Shown one piece after another: positions 35,460-58,800 of a stretch of 64,000 nt of DNA. Origin of the DNA: Sminthopsis crassicaudata (lineage: Eukaryota). Numbering within the stretch: the stretch's first letter is position 1; each line of letters begins with the position of its first letter. The position numbers and the translations under genes are program-made. The stretch spans positions 193,223,198 to 193,287,197 of the forward strand of contig NC_133622.1 of the NCBI RefSeq assembly GCF_048593235.1, written 5' to 3'. Under the pieces are notes generated by a model that was not told the DNA's origin, did not search any database, and was given only the letters and a program-made list of their open reading frames with translations.

Positions 35460-36060
35460 AGAGGCAGTTTAAGTTCATCAAGAGCTCATGCCAGACTAAC
35501 CTTATTTCCTTTCAGTGACAGGATTACTGGGCTGAGTAGATCAGGGGAATACCTGATACCATACACCTAAGCAAAGCATTTAACAGTCTCATGAAAGTGT
35601 GCAGGATGACAAGAAGGTTAGGGGTATTGGGAGCTGAAGGACTAGACCTAAAGAATGTCAACAACTTGAATGAAAGCACAGGGGGGGCAAACGGAATTTC
35701 AGACTTCATGAATGAAAGGACAGTTAACACAGTGAATGACAGAACCAAGGTGTACAAAAGTTGGCTTATGTGAAAAAAGTTTAGGATTTAATGCAACCTT
35801 CATATAAAGTAGCAGTATGATGTGACTGTCAAAATATTAACACAAGTGTAGTGTACAGTTCAAGGAAAATAATCAACCCTAGTAAGAGGATATCTGAAAT
35901 AACTGTGTTCAGTTCTATGTGCCACACTTTTAGGACACTGAAAAAACTGGAATAGATGCAGAGGAGTGGAGTGAAAGGTTTGACTAGATGCTACGCTATT
36001 AAAGTAATACTTGAAGGACCTAGGAAGAATTAGCCTAGAGAAGACATGGGGGGAGGAAGG
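35460..36060 (+). mobile_element. L3/CR1 LINE reverse-transcriptase remnant
   Basis: tca tgc cag act aac ctt att tcc ttt = SCQTNLISF, a CR1/L3 RT motif, followed by frameshifted remnants (agcaaagcatttaac). Boundaries approximate. Confidence 0.7.
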
Positions 36061-36559
36061 GCTTGAATATATCATATGTTTTGTGAGGAGAACCCCAAAA
36101 GAAAGTGATACTCAATTATAAAGAAAGAGACTGATAACTCTTCTCCCTCTGACCTCTTTCATCCCTTCCCTTTCAGCACAGGCAAAACCTGTTAGGAACT
36201 AATCAGGACAATAGATTTGGGAAAAAGCTGACAATCTGAGTTAATGTTTTCCTGGATGGTAGAGGGAAAAGAAGCTATAGAAGGAGGGAGTTTTCCAAGT
36301 AATGTTTCAAGGCTGGGAGGGGTGGGCAAGAGAGTGTTCTTGAGGGACACTATGCCTCCAGGGAAGGATGGACCAGATGCTAACTTTTAAAGAGATTCCC
36401 CCTTTCCACTTAGGGCCATGTAACTGGGAGTAAGTCACTTTTTCACTTCTAGCCTGCTTCTTAATCTTTAAATAAGAAGGTTGGATCTAAGACCCTCTAA
36501 ATTGGAACTTTAGTTCTAGAAACAGGATTACTCCAAGTAAAAAGAACTACAAAGGGACA

Positions 36560-36790
36560 ATTAGAGAGTGCCAGGCCTGGAGTCAGGGAGACCTGAATTT
36601 AAATCTGGCCTCAGATGCTCTCTACCTCTGTGATCCTAGACAAGTCACTTCACCTTGTATGACTCAGTTTCCTCATCTGTACAATGAGCTGGAGAAGGAA
36701 ATGCAAACCCCTCTAGTATCTTTGCCAAGAAAATCCCAGATGGGTCATGAAGAGCTAGACAGGACCAAAACAACTCAACAACAAAAAAGG
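36560..36790 (+). mobile_element. Mar1-type CORE-SINE with RTE/Bov-B-like tail
   Basis: CORE (ctcagtttcctcatctgt) followed by gagctggagaaggaaatgcaaacccctctagtatctttgccaagaaaatccc...caacaac. Confidence 0.85.
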
Positions 36791-37375
36791 AAGAGCCACA
36801 AACAGGGCCCCAAGCTACCTTGGGAAGACTCCACCCCCACACACTGAGAGTCTCAGATATTCTGAGGAGATCATTTCTTAAGTTGGAACAGCCTGATCCT
36901 CCATCCAGGAAGGGAGGGAGCAAGCATTAGCCCCACATCAAGTAGGGATGCAGAATGAAGCATCTGGCTCAAAGAAGCTAATGACCACCTCCAAACAAAA
37001 GAACAGGGAGAGAAAGTGAACTCTGACATGAGCTTAGAATCTAACCTAAGTCAGCTTTTCATGAATAGTACCTCGCTCAGATAGATGGCCTGGACTACTG
37101 TGGGTGCTACTCAGAACCTAGCAACTGTGTCTTGTCAATGGGAGGTCCGAGAAGGCCAGTTACATGTACCAGAGTTTATGAGCAGGGCTGAGTATGGCTA
37201 TCCCCTCTCTTGGGAGAAAAGCAATGAGTCCACTCCCATAGATGTACAGAGAGAATTACCATATGCGTCCTATCTTGAGAAATGGGGAGTAGACATTACA
37301 GGCCTGCCCACAGGGATGGACAGAAGCAGCCTCTTTGGTGGACAGGTAGATACACACACAGAGACAAGCAGGCCC

Positions 37376-47778
<10,403 letters not shown>

Positions 47779-48476
47779 CTCCCGCCTTCAGTGCCCCGGA
47801 AGCAGAACAAGGGAATCACTCGCCTCCAAAGCCCAGGCCAAGACTGGGCGGGGCGAGGCTAGACTAAGCGCTCAGTCCTTGGACACGCAGGCGCGAGCGC
47901 AGGCTCAGCTAGAGTCATGGGCGTCAAAGGCCGCCTGCTGTGGCGCACCTGGGGCGGCCATCTTGGATGGAGGCTGAGAAGTCCTGAGCGAGGCACGTGA
48001 CGAGGACCACTTTTGTGATAAGAGAGCAGAGGCTTAGGTCACAACATAGCGGTGCGGCCATGTTTGTTGAGGGCAAGAAGGAGCCCGTAGAACGCCTAGT
48101 GGCCATATTTGTTCTTGGCAGAGGGAATTCCCGGGGAAGGGAGACCGTGCAGCGGAGATCGGCGCCGACCCTAGTTACGTGATGACTGACCGTTAGTTTC
48201 CCATGTCACGTGACCCTCTTTAATCAACTTCCGGGAGCGTTGGGGCCACAGTCGCTGTAAAGAAGGGTCGGGGGCCAGCCCCTACCCCAGTGGGTTTGAG
48301 GTGGTCACTCGGGGTCCTCTCTCCCGAAAGTATGGCGGGGTGGGCGGTGGGGTCGCCGTGCGTGCGGTAGGGTCTTTGACAGGTGTGGGCCTATCTCGGG
48401 CTGGGTGGATCCTAGGCCAGCGGCCACTCTGCCCTCGCTCCAGCCTCCCTGACCCTGCCCTGCCCTCGCCGCGGCC
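47779..48476. promoter_or_regulatory. Bidirectional CpG-island promoter shared by TTC31 and CCDC142
   Basis: 698 nt between divergent ATGs; GC box near 47848; three GCCATNTT (YY1-like) at 47954, 48054, 48101; GTCACGTGAC 48205-48214; ACTTCCGG near 48227. Confidence 0.8.
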
Positions 48477-51400
48477 ATGTCACGGACGTCCAGGTCTGGG
48501 GGGTTTTTGCCCCCGCTGTGGCCCGCGGCCCCGGGGGAGCCAGGTGAGAAGGTCGCTGGGCGCGGTGGGGGGGAGGAGTCTGTACGCTCGGCCTTTGGGG
48601 CGGAGCGTGGTGGTCCGGCCCTGGGTCAGGCTGGTGCGCCGGCTGCGTTTCAGGTGGCGTTTGGCAGGACAGCAAATTCGAGCCGGGAGCGCTGTGGCCG
48701 CCCCGAAGTCAGCCGTGGTGGACGCGGGCGCTTAAGGGGCAGGACGGGGCGGTCCGGGAAGGAGAAGAGGCGGACTGCTCCGGCAGGGGTGCAAGACGGT
48801 CTTCGTTCTCCGGTCCCGGCTTGCCCGTGGCCCTGCAGCGGCTCCGGGCGGTGCTGCTGCGGCTGCAGAGAGAGCGTGAGGAGCTGCTGGTGGCCCGGGA
48901 CTGCGCCCGCTCTCTGCAGACCGTGCTGGGCTTCCTGCGGGCCCCCCGGCCCCTGGCAGCCCTGGCCCCGCTCTGCTGGGAGCTCTTTCCTCACAGCGCC
49001 CACGGCCCCTCCCTGCGCCTGCGGGCCCACGGGGACCCCCAGCTGCGGCCTCTGGCCCGGCCCCTGGCTCTGGCCGTGATGAGACTGGACATGGCCGTGG
49101 AAGAACAGCTGAAGAGCCTGGGCCAGGCTTCCCCCAGCCCCTCCCTGGTGCCCCAGATCAGCGAGCTGCTCCAGCTTCTCCCCGTCTACCACCAGATGCT
49201 GGCCGTGGCGGGCATCCCCAGAGCAGCGCAGCCCTTCCCACCCGGCCGGGTGCTCAATCTGTTGGCCAGGGAACGGGGCCGACAAGGAGCAGAGAGGCTT
49301 TGGGTGGCCCTGCAGGAAGCCGAGCTGCGCCCCCAGCTGCACACGCTCTGCCGGGAAGAGCGGGAACTGCTCCCCGGATTGTTAGGCCTGCTGGGAGACA
49401 CAGGGGCCCCGGGGAGTGGTTCTCGGGGCTTGGGAGGGTCCCGGCAGCTGTGGGGCCAGTACTGGAGTCTCTTCTGGGTAGCCTGTGCCCAGAACCTTGG
49501 TGGGAGACTGGGCCCTTGGGAAGACACTCAGAAGGCTGTGCAGGAGCTGCGACAGGCACTGAATCAGGGTAAGTGACAGGGAGCCCTATTGTGTAAAAGC
49601 TTTGGAGAGAAGAGCTGTGGTTCTTGCCCATATGGAATCTAAATGTGAAGGGCACAAAACTATACTATCTGCATGTATGTACTGGGTACGTGTGAAAATT
49701 CCTCAGGTAAAAAAGATGCTATAAGTGGAAAAAGCTTAAGAAGTTCTGCTTTAACCTTTTCCCTAGCTTCCTGTCCTTGGGAGTGCCTGAGGGGGTTGAG
49801 TGACCACTCTTCTCTCCTCTCATTCTCAAGAGGGCCACAATCCCCTTCTCTTTGATCTCATTATCTGAGGGAGGTTATGCTGGGGGGGGGGGGGAAGATG
49901 GATCTTGTGCTTAGGTGATATATGAGACCTGGGTCTGGATAGCCACCTCCATTCCCTTCCTACAGCATCCTTGCCACAGGAATGTGAGAAGGAACTGACT
50001 TCCCTATGCCACTATCTGCTTCGACAGACACTGACTTGGACATGGGACCAAGGTGAGGGGGGGAGATGTTATTGAGCTCTTAAGGCAATGAAATCATCCA
50101 TATTCCCACACTGGTCCTTGCTCCCTCTATCCTAGGCTTCTGCCGAGCCTTGGGATCTGTTTGTGGAGACCGTGGGATCGTGTCCATGGCCTGGGATGGC
50201 AGTCCCTGCATGCATACCACTGGTCTCTTCCGACAGCTCTTTCCTCTTCTCATCTCTGCCCTTGGAGAACCAGGATCTGCTTCCTGCCAGTTTCCAGGTG
50301 ATGGCAGGGCTTTGGGGGTGATGGGATACCAGGCCTTTCCCCTTAAGTTCTGTTTTTAGGATTGCTTCTCTGACACTTTGTCTCTTTCATCCTCTACCCC
50401 CAGGGCCAGGACCACCACCCCTAGTCCTCGGGCTTTGCACTCTTCAGGCCACCACCCTCTGGCTCCTCAGCAAATGTCAGCAGTATCTGGCCTCCTGGGC
50501 CCCTGGGCCCCTTCTGCTGCTGACTCAAAGGGAACTGCCTGTGAGTATCTCCTGTTCTGGGCAAGGAGGGAAGAAGGGACTGCTTTGATCTCTCTGAGAC
50601 ATGAGGAGAATGGTGGAAGACAGAGAATGCGTGTGCAGATGACCAAGAGTCCTTGGCAAGGAAAGGCGGTGACTTTGAGGATTTGAGTGTCATCTTTGAA
50701 TAGTGCTCTGGGAAAGGGGCAATCTTGGAGATGAGAGTGATTTTGAAAAGGAGAATTTTTCTGTGTTTGTATGACACCTGAGCTTGTTATTGAGGATTCT
50801 ATGAGTGTTTCCCAAAGAAAGTCATTCAAAGTGTGCGAATAGGTAGATTGTGATAGGGACAGGAAAACTGAAGGTCTAGTTTGGACGTTTAATCTTTGTG
50901 CTTTCTCCAAAGCTTCTCCTGTGTGAGGCAGAGGCCCTGGCATCCCTGGTTTCTGAAGGGGCATCTGTACTAGAGCTGAACTGGCAGCTGGGAAAAGAAA
51001 TTCGGAGACTGATAGCTCAGATCCAGGTGAGAGGACTAAAGAGTGATTGGGAAAGGGGGGGGATGTAATTGTGAAAACAAAGCTATGGATTGATAACAGT
51101 ACTTTTGGAGACTGGGATGGGACTGCCTTCTGAAGGTTAGGATTCCCGTTGAATATACTAGTGAATTGCATAGATTTTTTTATAACCCCATTAATGCTAA
51201 GAACAGAGCAGATGACTGAATGGGAAAATAACATTCTGCCAGGGACAAAATAGAGGAAGCTAAAATATAGCTAGCTTTTTGGAGATGAGCCTGGTGAAGA
51301 CACTATATTTGAGATAATATCAGGATTAGAGAATCTTAAAAGCTAGAAAGAATTTTACTGATGGGAAAATTGACTTGTCCCATAGCCCAAAAGTGGTAGT

Positions 51401-53698
51401 TCTGGGACTGGAACTCAGATCTCCTTGCTATCTGTCCTATATTCTTTGTGTTAAAAACTTCATTGTCAAACGGGAACCTGGAAAAGACTAGCCTGGAATT
51501 TGTGAGACAAGTCAGGGCTAGGATTTCTCCACAGAATAGACAGCTGAAAATAAAGCCTTATAATCTCTGTATGTAGAGCAGGAGCCATGAAAATACTCAG
51601 AGATTGAGAAGAGGGAGGCTGGGACAGGAGGATCTCTGGGGCCTGTCACATGGCAGTTGTGGGGGAAGTCTTAGGGGAGGAAACAGGGGCTTGTGGGAAC
51701 CCCAGGGAGCAATCTGAGTAATGTGCAGTCAGGTGAAAGTAGAAGCTCTTGGAGATAGCACAAGTGTGGGAGGTGACATTATCTGAGAAAATCACCCATG
51801 TTTCTGGCCCATTGCTTGAAATAAGAAGACGAATCCTTGGCTAAGGATAGGCTACTTAGTAACAGCTGGCAGAAAAAGAGATGCTTGGATTCAGTTTGCT
51901 CATTTACATTTGTGTATTTGTCTACCTGGTTATACTCATACGGGTGCACACACACACATATTCTAGTTCTTTTCTTCGGCTCATGTTAGTCTTCCCATGT
52001 TTCTTTGACTTCTTCATGGGGTCACCGTTTTTCAGGTATCAAGTCCCATTTCTTCATTTGCCAACAAATGAATACCCACCTTGTTGCCAGTTGTTGTCCT
52101 ACAAGAGAGTGCTGCTGCCACTTTCTGTCATTGTTATCCCTGAGATAAGTGCTCAGTGGTGGTGACTCCATGGACCCTAGGAGAGGGACAGTTTCATTAA
52201 TTGCTTCTCATAGAACTCCAGGATTTCTCTAGAATATTTGAGGCATTTCTTTGGTAGGCCTTTCATGCCTCTCTCTGCTTGTTCATGGTGTCAATGCTTT
52301 TTTCTTTCCGGAAATTAATTTCAGAGATCTGGGGCAAAGAAAGGGAAGCTAAGCTTGAGCTAGGGCAGAGCCCAATGTAAACTCTTTTCTCCCACCCTCT
52401 CAGGTCCTGCCTGAGAAGTATCTGTGTCTCTTCTCCCGAGAATGTTGGCAACAAGCAGCTAAGGGTTTCCAGCTCCACATGCCCCAGGGTCGTCACTGGA
52501 AGCTCAGGCTTCGATCTGGTAACCCCTCACCCTCAACTCCCAATGGGCCTAGAATTCATTCTCCTTGGTTCTCTCAATCAGTCCTTCAGTAAGCCTATAA
52601 CTCAATTTCTTTGTCCCTGTGCCCTTCTTTTCCCATTCTTCTTATGTCCCCATGATTCTCCCCACCCAAAATCATAGAAAGAGGTTTCTAAGCTTTGCTT
52701 TCTGCCCTCCCCCAGAACTTCCCAGCATTCCCAGTGACTATGCAAAGTTGGTAGTGGGAGCTGTTCTGGGACCTGTGCTGCAAGGGGTACAGGGATTGCC
52801 CCCCCAGGCCCAAGGGCCCCCACTTACAGAGGCCTTGACTGCACTTCTTGATGCCTGGCTCAACCACATTCTCACACACAAGATACGGTTCAGGTAGGCC
52901 TAGAATGGGAGAGAAGAGGAAATAGCTGTGGAAAGGCCTCGGGGATGGAGAAAGGAGATGGGCTAGAAAGAGTGAGAGTTGGGTCTAGGGGGATGACCTT
53001 GCTCTCACTTTCAGCCTGCAGGGAGCACTGCAGCTGAGGCAGGATTTTGCAGTTATTCGGAGTTTGCTGGAAGAGGAGCAGTGGGGTCTGTCCCCTGAAC
53101 TTCGTCAGGCTTTGCTCACACTCAGCATCTTCCAGCGGGCAGATGGGGCCCTGTTGTGTCTGCTGCAGCAGCCAATGCCGAGGAGCCGTAGCTATGGAGG
53201 GTCCCCATGTTGCTGTAAGTCTTTTTTTACCATCATCTCCCTACAAGCATTTGTGTATGTATGTGACCCACTTGCTACCTCAGCACAACAACCCATTATA
53301 AGCCTCCAAGTTCTATCTATGACTTCTGGTGCCATCAAGCTGTCTCCTAGCTTCCTGTTCTGTTGTGTACACAAACTTACCAGTCACCCCACACTCATTT
53401 ACTGACCTGTTCTCCACCCTACCTCCTAATCTCACTAGGTACCTGTAACAAGATCCAGATCCCTGAACTACCCAGTAGCAGCCTCAACAGCCTAGAGAAC
53501 CTAGAACCGCCTTCCCTTCGTCCTGGAGTTACTTTTGTCCAAACGGCTCAGCTTCTCAGCAATCTTCGGGGTGGAGGACCCAACCCCGAGGCTTATCTAG
53601 CAGGCAACCAGCAGGCTTGGCTGGCCCTTCGGCAGCACCGATCCACACGATGGCATCTGCCTGCCTTTCTTTGTATGAGAACTACTCCTGAACCCTGA
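48477..53698 (+). CDS. CCDC142: Coiled-coil domain-containing protein 142, 744 aa (10-exon model)
   Basis: Exons 48477-48543, 48654-49568, 49966-50052, 50136-50297, 50404-50540, 50913-51026, 52404-52518, 52716-52893, 53015-53214, 53439-53698 (2235 nt). ALQRLRAVLLRL, ASLPQECEKEL, SLQGALQLRQDF, AYLAGNQQAWLALRQH. The first junction is inferred (see findings). Confidence 0.9.
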
Positions 53699-55084
53699 TA
53701 ATAGAATGTGAAAGCTGGGAAAATAGAGGCCAGAACAATGAGCCCAAAGAAGCCTAGAATTCTTTTTTGACACTAGGGTCTCAGCCAAGATTGGAACCGA
53801 AGTGAGAGGCATCTAGAAGAGCTCACACTCTTGGAATCAGCATGAGCCCAGGATCTGCACCTATATTTCAAGAACCTGGAACCCAAAAGTGCACAGGGTT
53901 GGAGACCCTGCTCCCAAGAACACTGGGACCTCAAGCTACAAATCCAAAGAAATTGGAGCCCAGGAAGGCTGGACTTTTGTGTAGGTCTAAAGATTGAGAA
54001 CCTCATGCCCTAGACTAGACATAAGTAACTGCAGCAACAGCAGGGAAGGAACCAGGAAGTTCTGGATGTGTAAGTGCTGAGAGCTGCCCCCATCTTCCAA
54101 CTCTTTGCCCTGCCTACCTCAGGGCTGATGTGTGATCTGTCTTAACTTGACAAAACCAGTCCTCCTCGCCCAGCCACAAACCAGGCACTAATTTTCATAT
54201 GTCAGGAAGCATTTATTAAGCGCTTAGTTGTGTGTGGTCTTGTACTAGGTTACCAGGGAGAGGATGAGGAATGGAATGGGGTTCCTGTTTTCCACTAGCT
54301 CACAGACTGTTAGGGAAGAGAAAGGAATGGATCCAGACAGTACAGCAGTGATGGAATCCAAGGACTTAGAGTTCTCCTACTTGTCTCGTCAGCACTCCGC
54401 AAGTTACTTCATCTTCCAGACCTTGCTTTCCTCATCTGTAACTGGGCAATTGGACAGGTTGTTCTGGTGGTCTCCCGTGCTTAAGCCTAATGCAGCTAGA
54501 ATGAAAGTGAGATGCCTTCCAGTTGAGTGGATAAGGAAAGGGATTTAAACTGGGCTCTTAAATATGCAGAAGATTTCTGCTGCTCCTGGAAATGGGAATG
54601 ATGGGAGCACAGTCCTTGAGGTGAGAGAGGGGCACTTGGCACTGTAGGTGGCATCCAGGTCTGCACAAGGTTTGATGCCCTGATGGTTTGGACTTTGTCC
54701 ATAGATCTTGGGCAGAAACTGGACACCCTGGAGCCAAGGCTTAAAGACGTGCATCTAGTCACATCTTGAGAATGTGCAGCAGTGCGGCGGGCAGAGTGGC
54801 CGTCTCTGCCAAAGCGGTGGGAGCTCAAAGAGAAGTCGGTGGCTGAGGGCTGGATAGAAGGAAGGTACGACCGGCTGGCCCCGGGGGAGTGGGGCTGCCC
54901 CCAAACCTTGGAGAAGAGCAAACTCATCTTGGATTTAAGAGGTCATAGGATAGGGAGACACCCTGTACAGCGCGGAGGCGGGCCCTGGAGGCGACTGCCT
55001 GCCTTAGCCGCCACCACTCTTCCGGGAGGCTTGGAGGGCGCAGGGGCGGGCTTGCGGCCCCGCCCTCTTACGGGCCTGGCGCGG

Positions 55085-55096
55085 ACTACATTTCCC
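55085..55096 (+). promoter_or_regulatory. ACTACAnnTCCC motif (ZNF143/THAP11-type) in the MRPL53 promoter
   Basis: ACTACATTTCCC about 36 nt upstream of the ATG, in a CpG island with GC boxes. Confidence 0.7.
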
Positions 55097-55131
55097 GGCG
55101 TGCCGTGGACGCGGCACTTCTGCAGAGCGCC

Positions 55132-55624
55132 ATGGCCGGGCCTGCGGGGAGGAAGCTGGGGCTGCAGGCGGTTAAGCGAGTGTTGGTTCGTTTCTGCCCC
55201 TTTGAGAGCAACGTGGAGGCGACGAGGTAACGGGTACGCCCCCGATCCCTGCCCTGCTCGCTCCTTCTAGTCCCCGCTCACTCTTCTTGCCTTTTCCTCT
55301 TCCCGATCGTAGGCAGTTCCTCCAAGCAGTGAGCAGCGAGAAGGTGCGCGCCTCCAACCTCAACTGCACCGTGCAGGTGGACGTGCGTCACGACGGCTCC
55401 GAGCCCTCCGTGGACGTGCTTTTCGGTGCGTCCGAGCCCCGCCCCCCTCTCCCCAAGCTTGCCCCGGCCTTTAGACCCCCCGCTTGACCGCCGTTTTTCC
55501 TTCTCCAGGAGACGGAGACCGGCTGATCCTTCGCGGCGCCCACCTCACGGCGCAGGAGATGTTCGCAGCTTTCAGTTCTCGAGTCCTGGCCAAGAGCAGC
55601 ACCTCTTCCGGGCAGAAGGGCTGA
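55132..55624 (+). CDS. MRPL53: Mitochondrial ribosomal protein L53, 107 aa
   Basis: Exons 55132-55226, 55313-55425, 55509-55624. [43 protein letters not shown]...[33 protein letters not shown]; AATAAA at 55671-55676. Confidence 0.97.
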
Positions 55625-55889
55625 GGGCCTTGGCGTCCGGGAGATGGGGGCAGGGGCTAGGGGTGGAGCAAATAAAAGTGAGCCATTGCGATCTGCGCCT
55701 GTACCCTGATGTCTGTGTGGGTTACCGAATGGGGGAGGTAAAAGACGCTACGGACCTAGAGGAGGTCGGCACGCTAGCCGGTGGGCGGGGCAACGCGCCA
55801 CTTCCGTTTACTGAGCTCGCGGACTTCGGTCTTCTCGGCTGCCGGTGTGTGGCGGTCTCCTGAGCCATCTGGTGGCCTCTGTGCCCAGG

Positions 55890-58800
55890 ATGGCAAGAGG
55901 AGAACGCAAGCGCCGGGCGGGTCCTCCCGCGGAAGCTCTCGGGCCGCGAGCTCCGGACAAGGCGGCCAGGAGGCGGGAGGGCCGGTTTGGGGTGGGGCCG
56001 GGCTCGGGGCCCCGGCGTGGGCCTGGAGGTCGGGGCGCTGGGAGCCAGGGGCCGGGGTCCGCGGCTCTGGCCGCCCTGGGCCTGGCGCTGGCGCTGGGCC
56101 TTGGCCTGGGCCTGTCCTGGCGCGGAATCGTGGCATGGCAGCGGGCGAGGCGCGCCGTAACCCTGCACCCGGCGCCTCCCGCGCTGCCGCCCAACAGCTC
56201 CAGCGCCGCGGCCGCCCCGGACCTCTTCTGGGGCACCTACCGGCCGCACGTCTACTTCGGCATGAAGACCCGCAGCCCGCGCGCGCCCGTCACGGGTAAC
56301 CCCGGGGGACTGGCCGGGCGGGAGGACTGGGCCAGGGAGGGACGCAGCACCGGCTGACCCCGCTGCCTCTCCCCGTATCCCCAGGCCTGATGTGGCTGCA
56401 GCAGGGCACCCCCCCAGGAATGCCGGGCCAGCTCCGGCACACGTGTGAGCAGGGCGACGGGATGGGCCCGTACGGTTGGGAGCTGCACGATGGGGTCAGC
56501 TTCGGGCGGCAGCGGCTGCACGACGGAGCCCTGCTGCTCACCACCGAGTTTGTGAAGAGGCCAGGCGGAAGCCACGGCGGGGACTGGAGCTGGAGGATCA
56601 CGGCTGAGCCCCAGGTCAGACCCCGCCCCTTCCGGGACAGCCACAGCTTGGGTGTGAACCCCGGGGGTCCTATCGCATCCCCTGGCCTTCCCCCCCCCCC
56701 AACACCCCCACGGCATTATGTGTTAAAGCCTGAGGTCCCAGTAGAAATCAGAACCGGGGCGTTTCCCTTAGTTTCCCATTTAAAGCAGGGGTGGGTGGCA
56801 AGCTTCTCAGGACTTGCAGCTGAGACGCCTTTTTCCACTTCTCTTCCCAATTTCCACCTTTTCAGTCTCAGGAGAGCCTCGGGATACCTCTGCTCTCGTT
56901 GTTCTTCTACGTGGCCACAGATGGGCAGGGGACGTTGAGGCCAGAGCCTGGGACAGGGGGGCAACTGAATGGCGTTGATGGCCACACGGAGGAGCTTGGT
57001 GACTTTCGCCTCATCCTTCTTCCCCCTACCAATGTCAGAGGGACAGCCTTAAAGCACGGCAGGTAATGGCAATGCAGGTTTGGTCTCCAGCTCCCTTAGG
57101 GATCCTGGTCCACTTTTCTGTCCTTTCCTTATGTCAACCCGCCTTCCAATGTTTTCCCCTCTCTGCTCTATCTTCCCTGTCCTGTTGTCCTGTTTCTCTT
57201 CTTCCTAACTGACTTGACCCTTGTTTTCCATAGCTACAATAGCCTTTGGATGCCTAGCCCAGGGCTGCATTTGTTGACAGAAGTTGTGAAGAATCGACTG
57301 AATCGATGGTTTCAGCACCGGCCCCCTGGTGGTTCTCCAGAGCGATACCTGGGCTTGCCTGGATCCCCTCAGTGGGAAGGGGAGAGCCTGAAATCAGGCC
57401 ACTCAGTACAAGGACAGATTGTGGTCCAGCAGCTGACACTAAAACCACCTTTCCGAGTTGAGCTGGTTTTTGAATCAGGAAGCGTGGGCTGGGGGGAATC
57501 CCGACCTGGGGGTCGTCTGGCTGGGCCAGTATTCTCCCAGGCCCTGGACATCCATGTCACAGCTTTCACAGACCGATTTGAGGATACCTTCAGGCTGGGT
57601 GCACGAGGCCTGAGTGCAGGAGAGCAGGCTCTGGGTCAAGCAGCCCTAAGTGGGCTCTTGGGGGGCTTTGGCTATTTCTATGGACAGGGCCTGGTGCTAC
57701 CGGATCCTGGGGATGAAGGACCTGAGGAGGACCCAGCCCCAGCCCCATCCCTTTTTCCTCCAGCTCCACTCTTCACAGCCGTCCCTTCAAGATCCTTTTT
57801 TCCTCGTGGCTTTCTGTGGGATGAAGGTTTCCACCAGCTTGTGGTGTATTGTTGGGAGCCACGTTTGACCAGGGAGGCCCTGGGCCACTGGCTTGGACTG
57901 CTTAATGCCGACGGCTGGATCGGGCGAGAGCAGGTGCTGGGAGATGAGGCCCGGGTCCGGGTCCCACCACCGTTCCTGGTACAGAGAGCAGCCCATGCTA
58001 ATCCCCCAACTCTCTTATTGCCTGTGATGCGCATGCTGGACAGTGGAGACACTGCTGATTTGGATTTCTTACGTACAGCTTTCCCCCGTCTCCAGGCCTG
58101 GTTCTCTTGGCTCCGACAAAGCCAGGCAGGCCCTGTTCCTTTGTCCTATCGCTGGCGAGGACGCGACCAGGCTGCTCCTGGTCTGCTGAACCCCAAGACA
58201 TTGCCCTCAGGCCTGGATGACTACCCTCGAGCTTCACACCCATCACCAGATGAGCGACATTTGGACCTGCGCTGCTGGGTGGCACTTGGCGCTAGTGTCC
58301 TGGCCCGGCTGGCACAAAAACTTGGGGAGACTCAGGCAGAGACTGAGTTGGCTGAGCTTGCAGCCAAACTGAGGGATGAGAATGGTCTGGACTTGTTGCA
58401 CTGGGCCCCTGAGTTGGGCGTCTTTGCAGATTTTGGTAATCATACAGGAGCCGTTCGCCTTGCAAGGGGTCCACAGGGGCTGGTCCGTGTGGTGGGCCGT
58501 CCTCCTCCCCACCTACAGTATGTTGATGCATTGGGATATGTCAGCTTCTTTCCACTGCTCCTCAGACTGCTGAGCCCCACCTCCCCACACTTGGGCCCCC
58601 TGCTGGACCTGCTGGCAGACACCCGTCACTTATGGAGTCCTTTTGGTTTGCGCTCACTGTCTGCCTCCAGCCCCCTCTATGGACAGCGAAATTCGGAACA
58701 TGACCCACCATATTGGCGAGGGGCTATCTGGGTTAATGTTAACTATCTAGCACTGGGTGCCCTGGATCACTATGGACGCCTGGAGGGGCCCCACCAAGCC

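Noticed and set aside
50500-50525. Apparent premature stop in CCDC142 exon 5
   Set aside because: A recount gives ...WAPGPLLLLTQRELP with the frame intact to the donor at 50540.
50467-51234. 255-aa minus-strand ORF
   Set aside because: Antisense to CCDC142 exons 5-6 and their introns; low-complexity translation with no domain or promoter support.
55132-55160. Apparent frameshift after the MRPL53 ATG
   Set aside because: A recount gives [12 protein letters not shown] in frame; the track simply shows a different frame.
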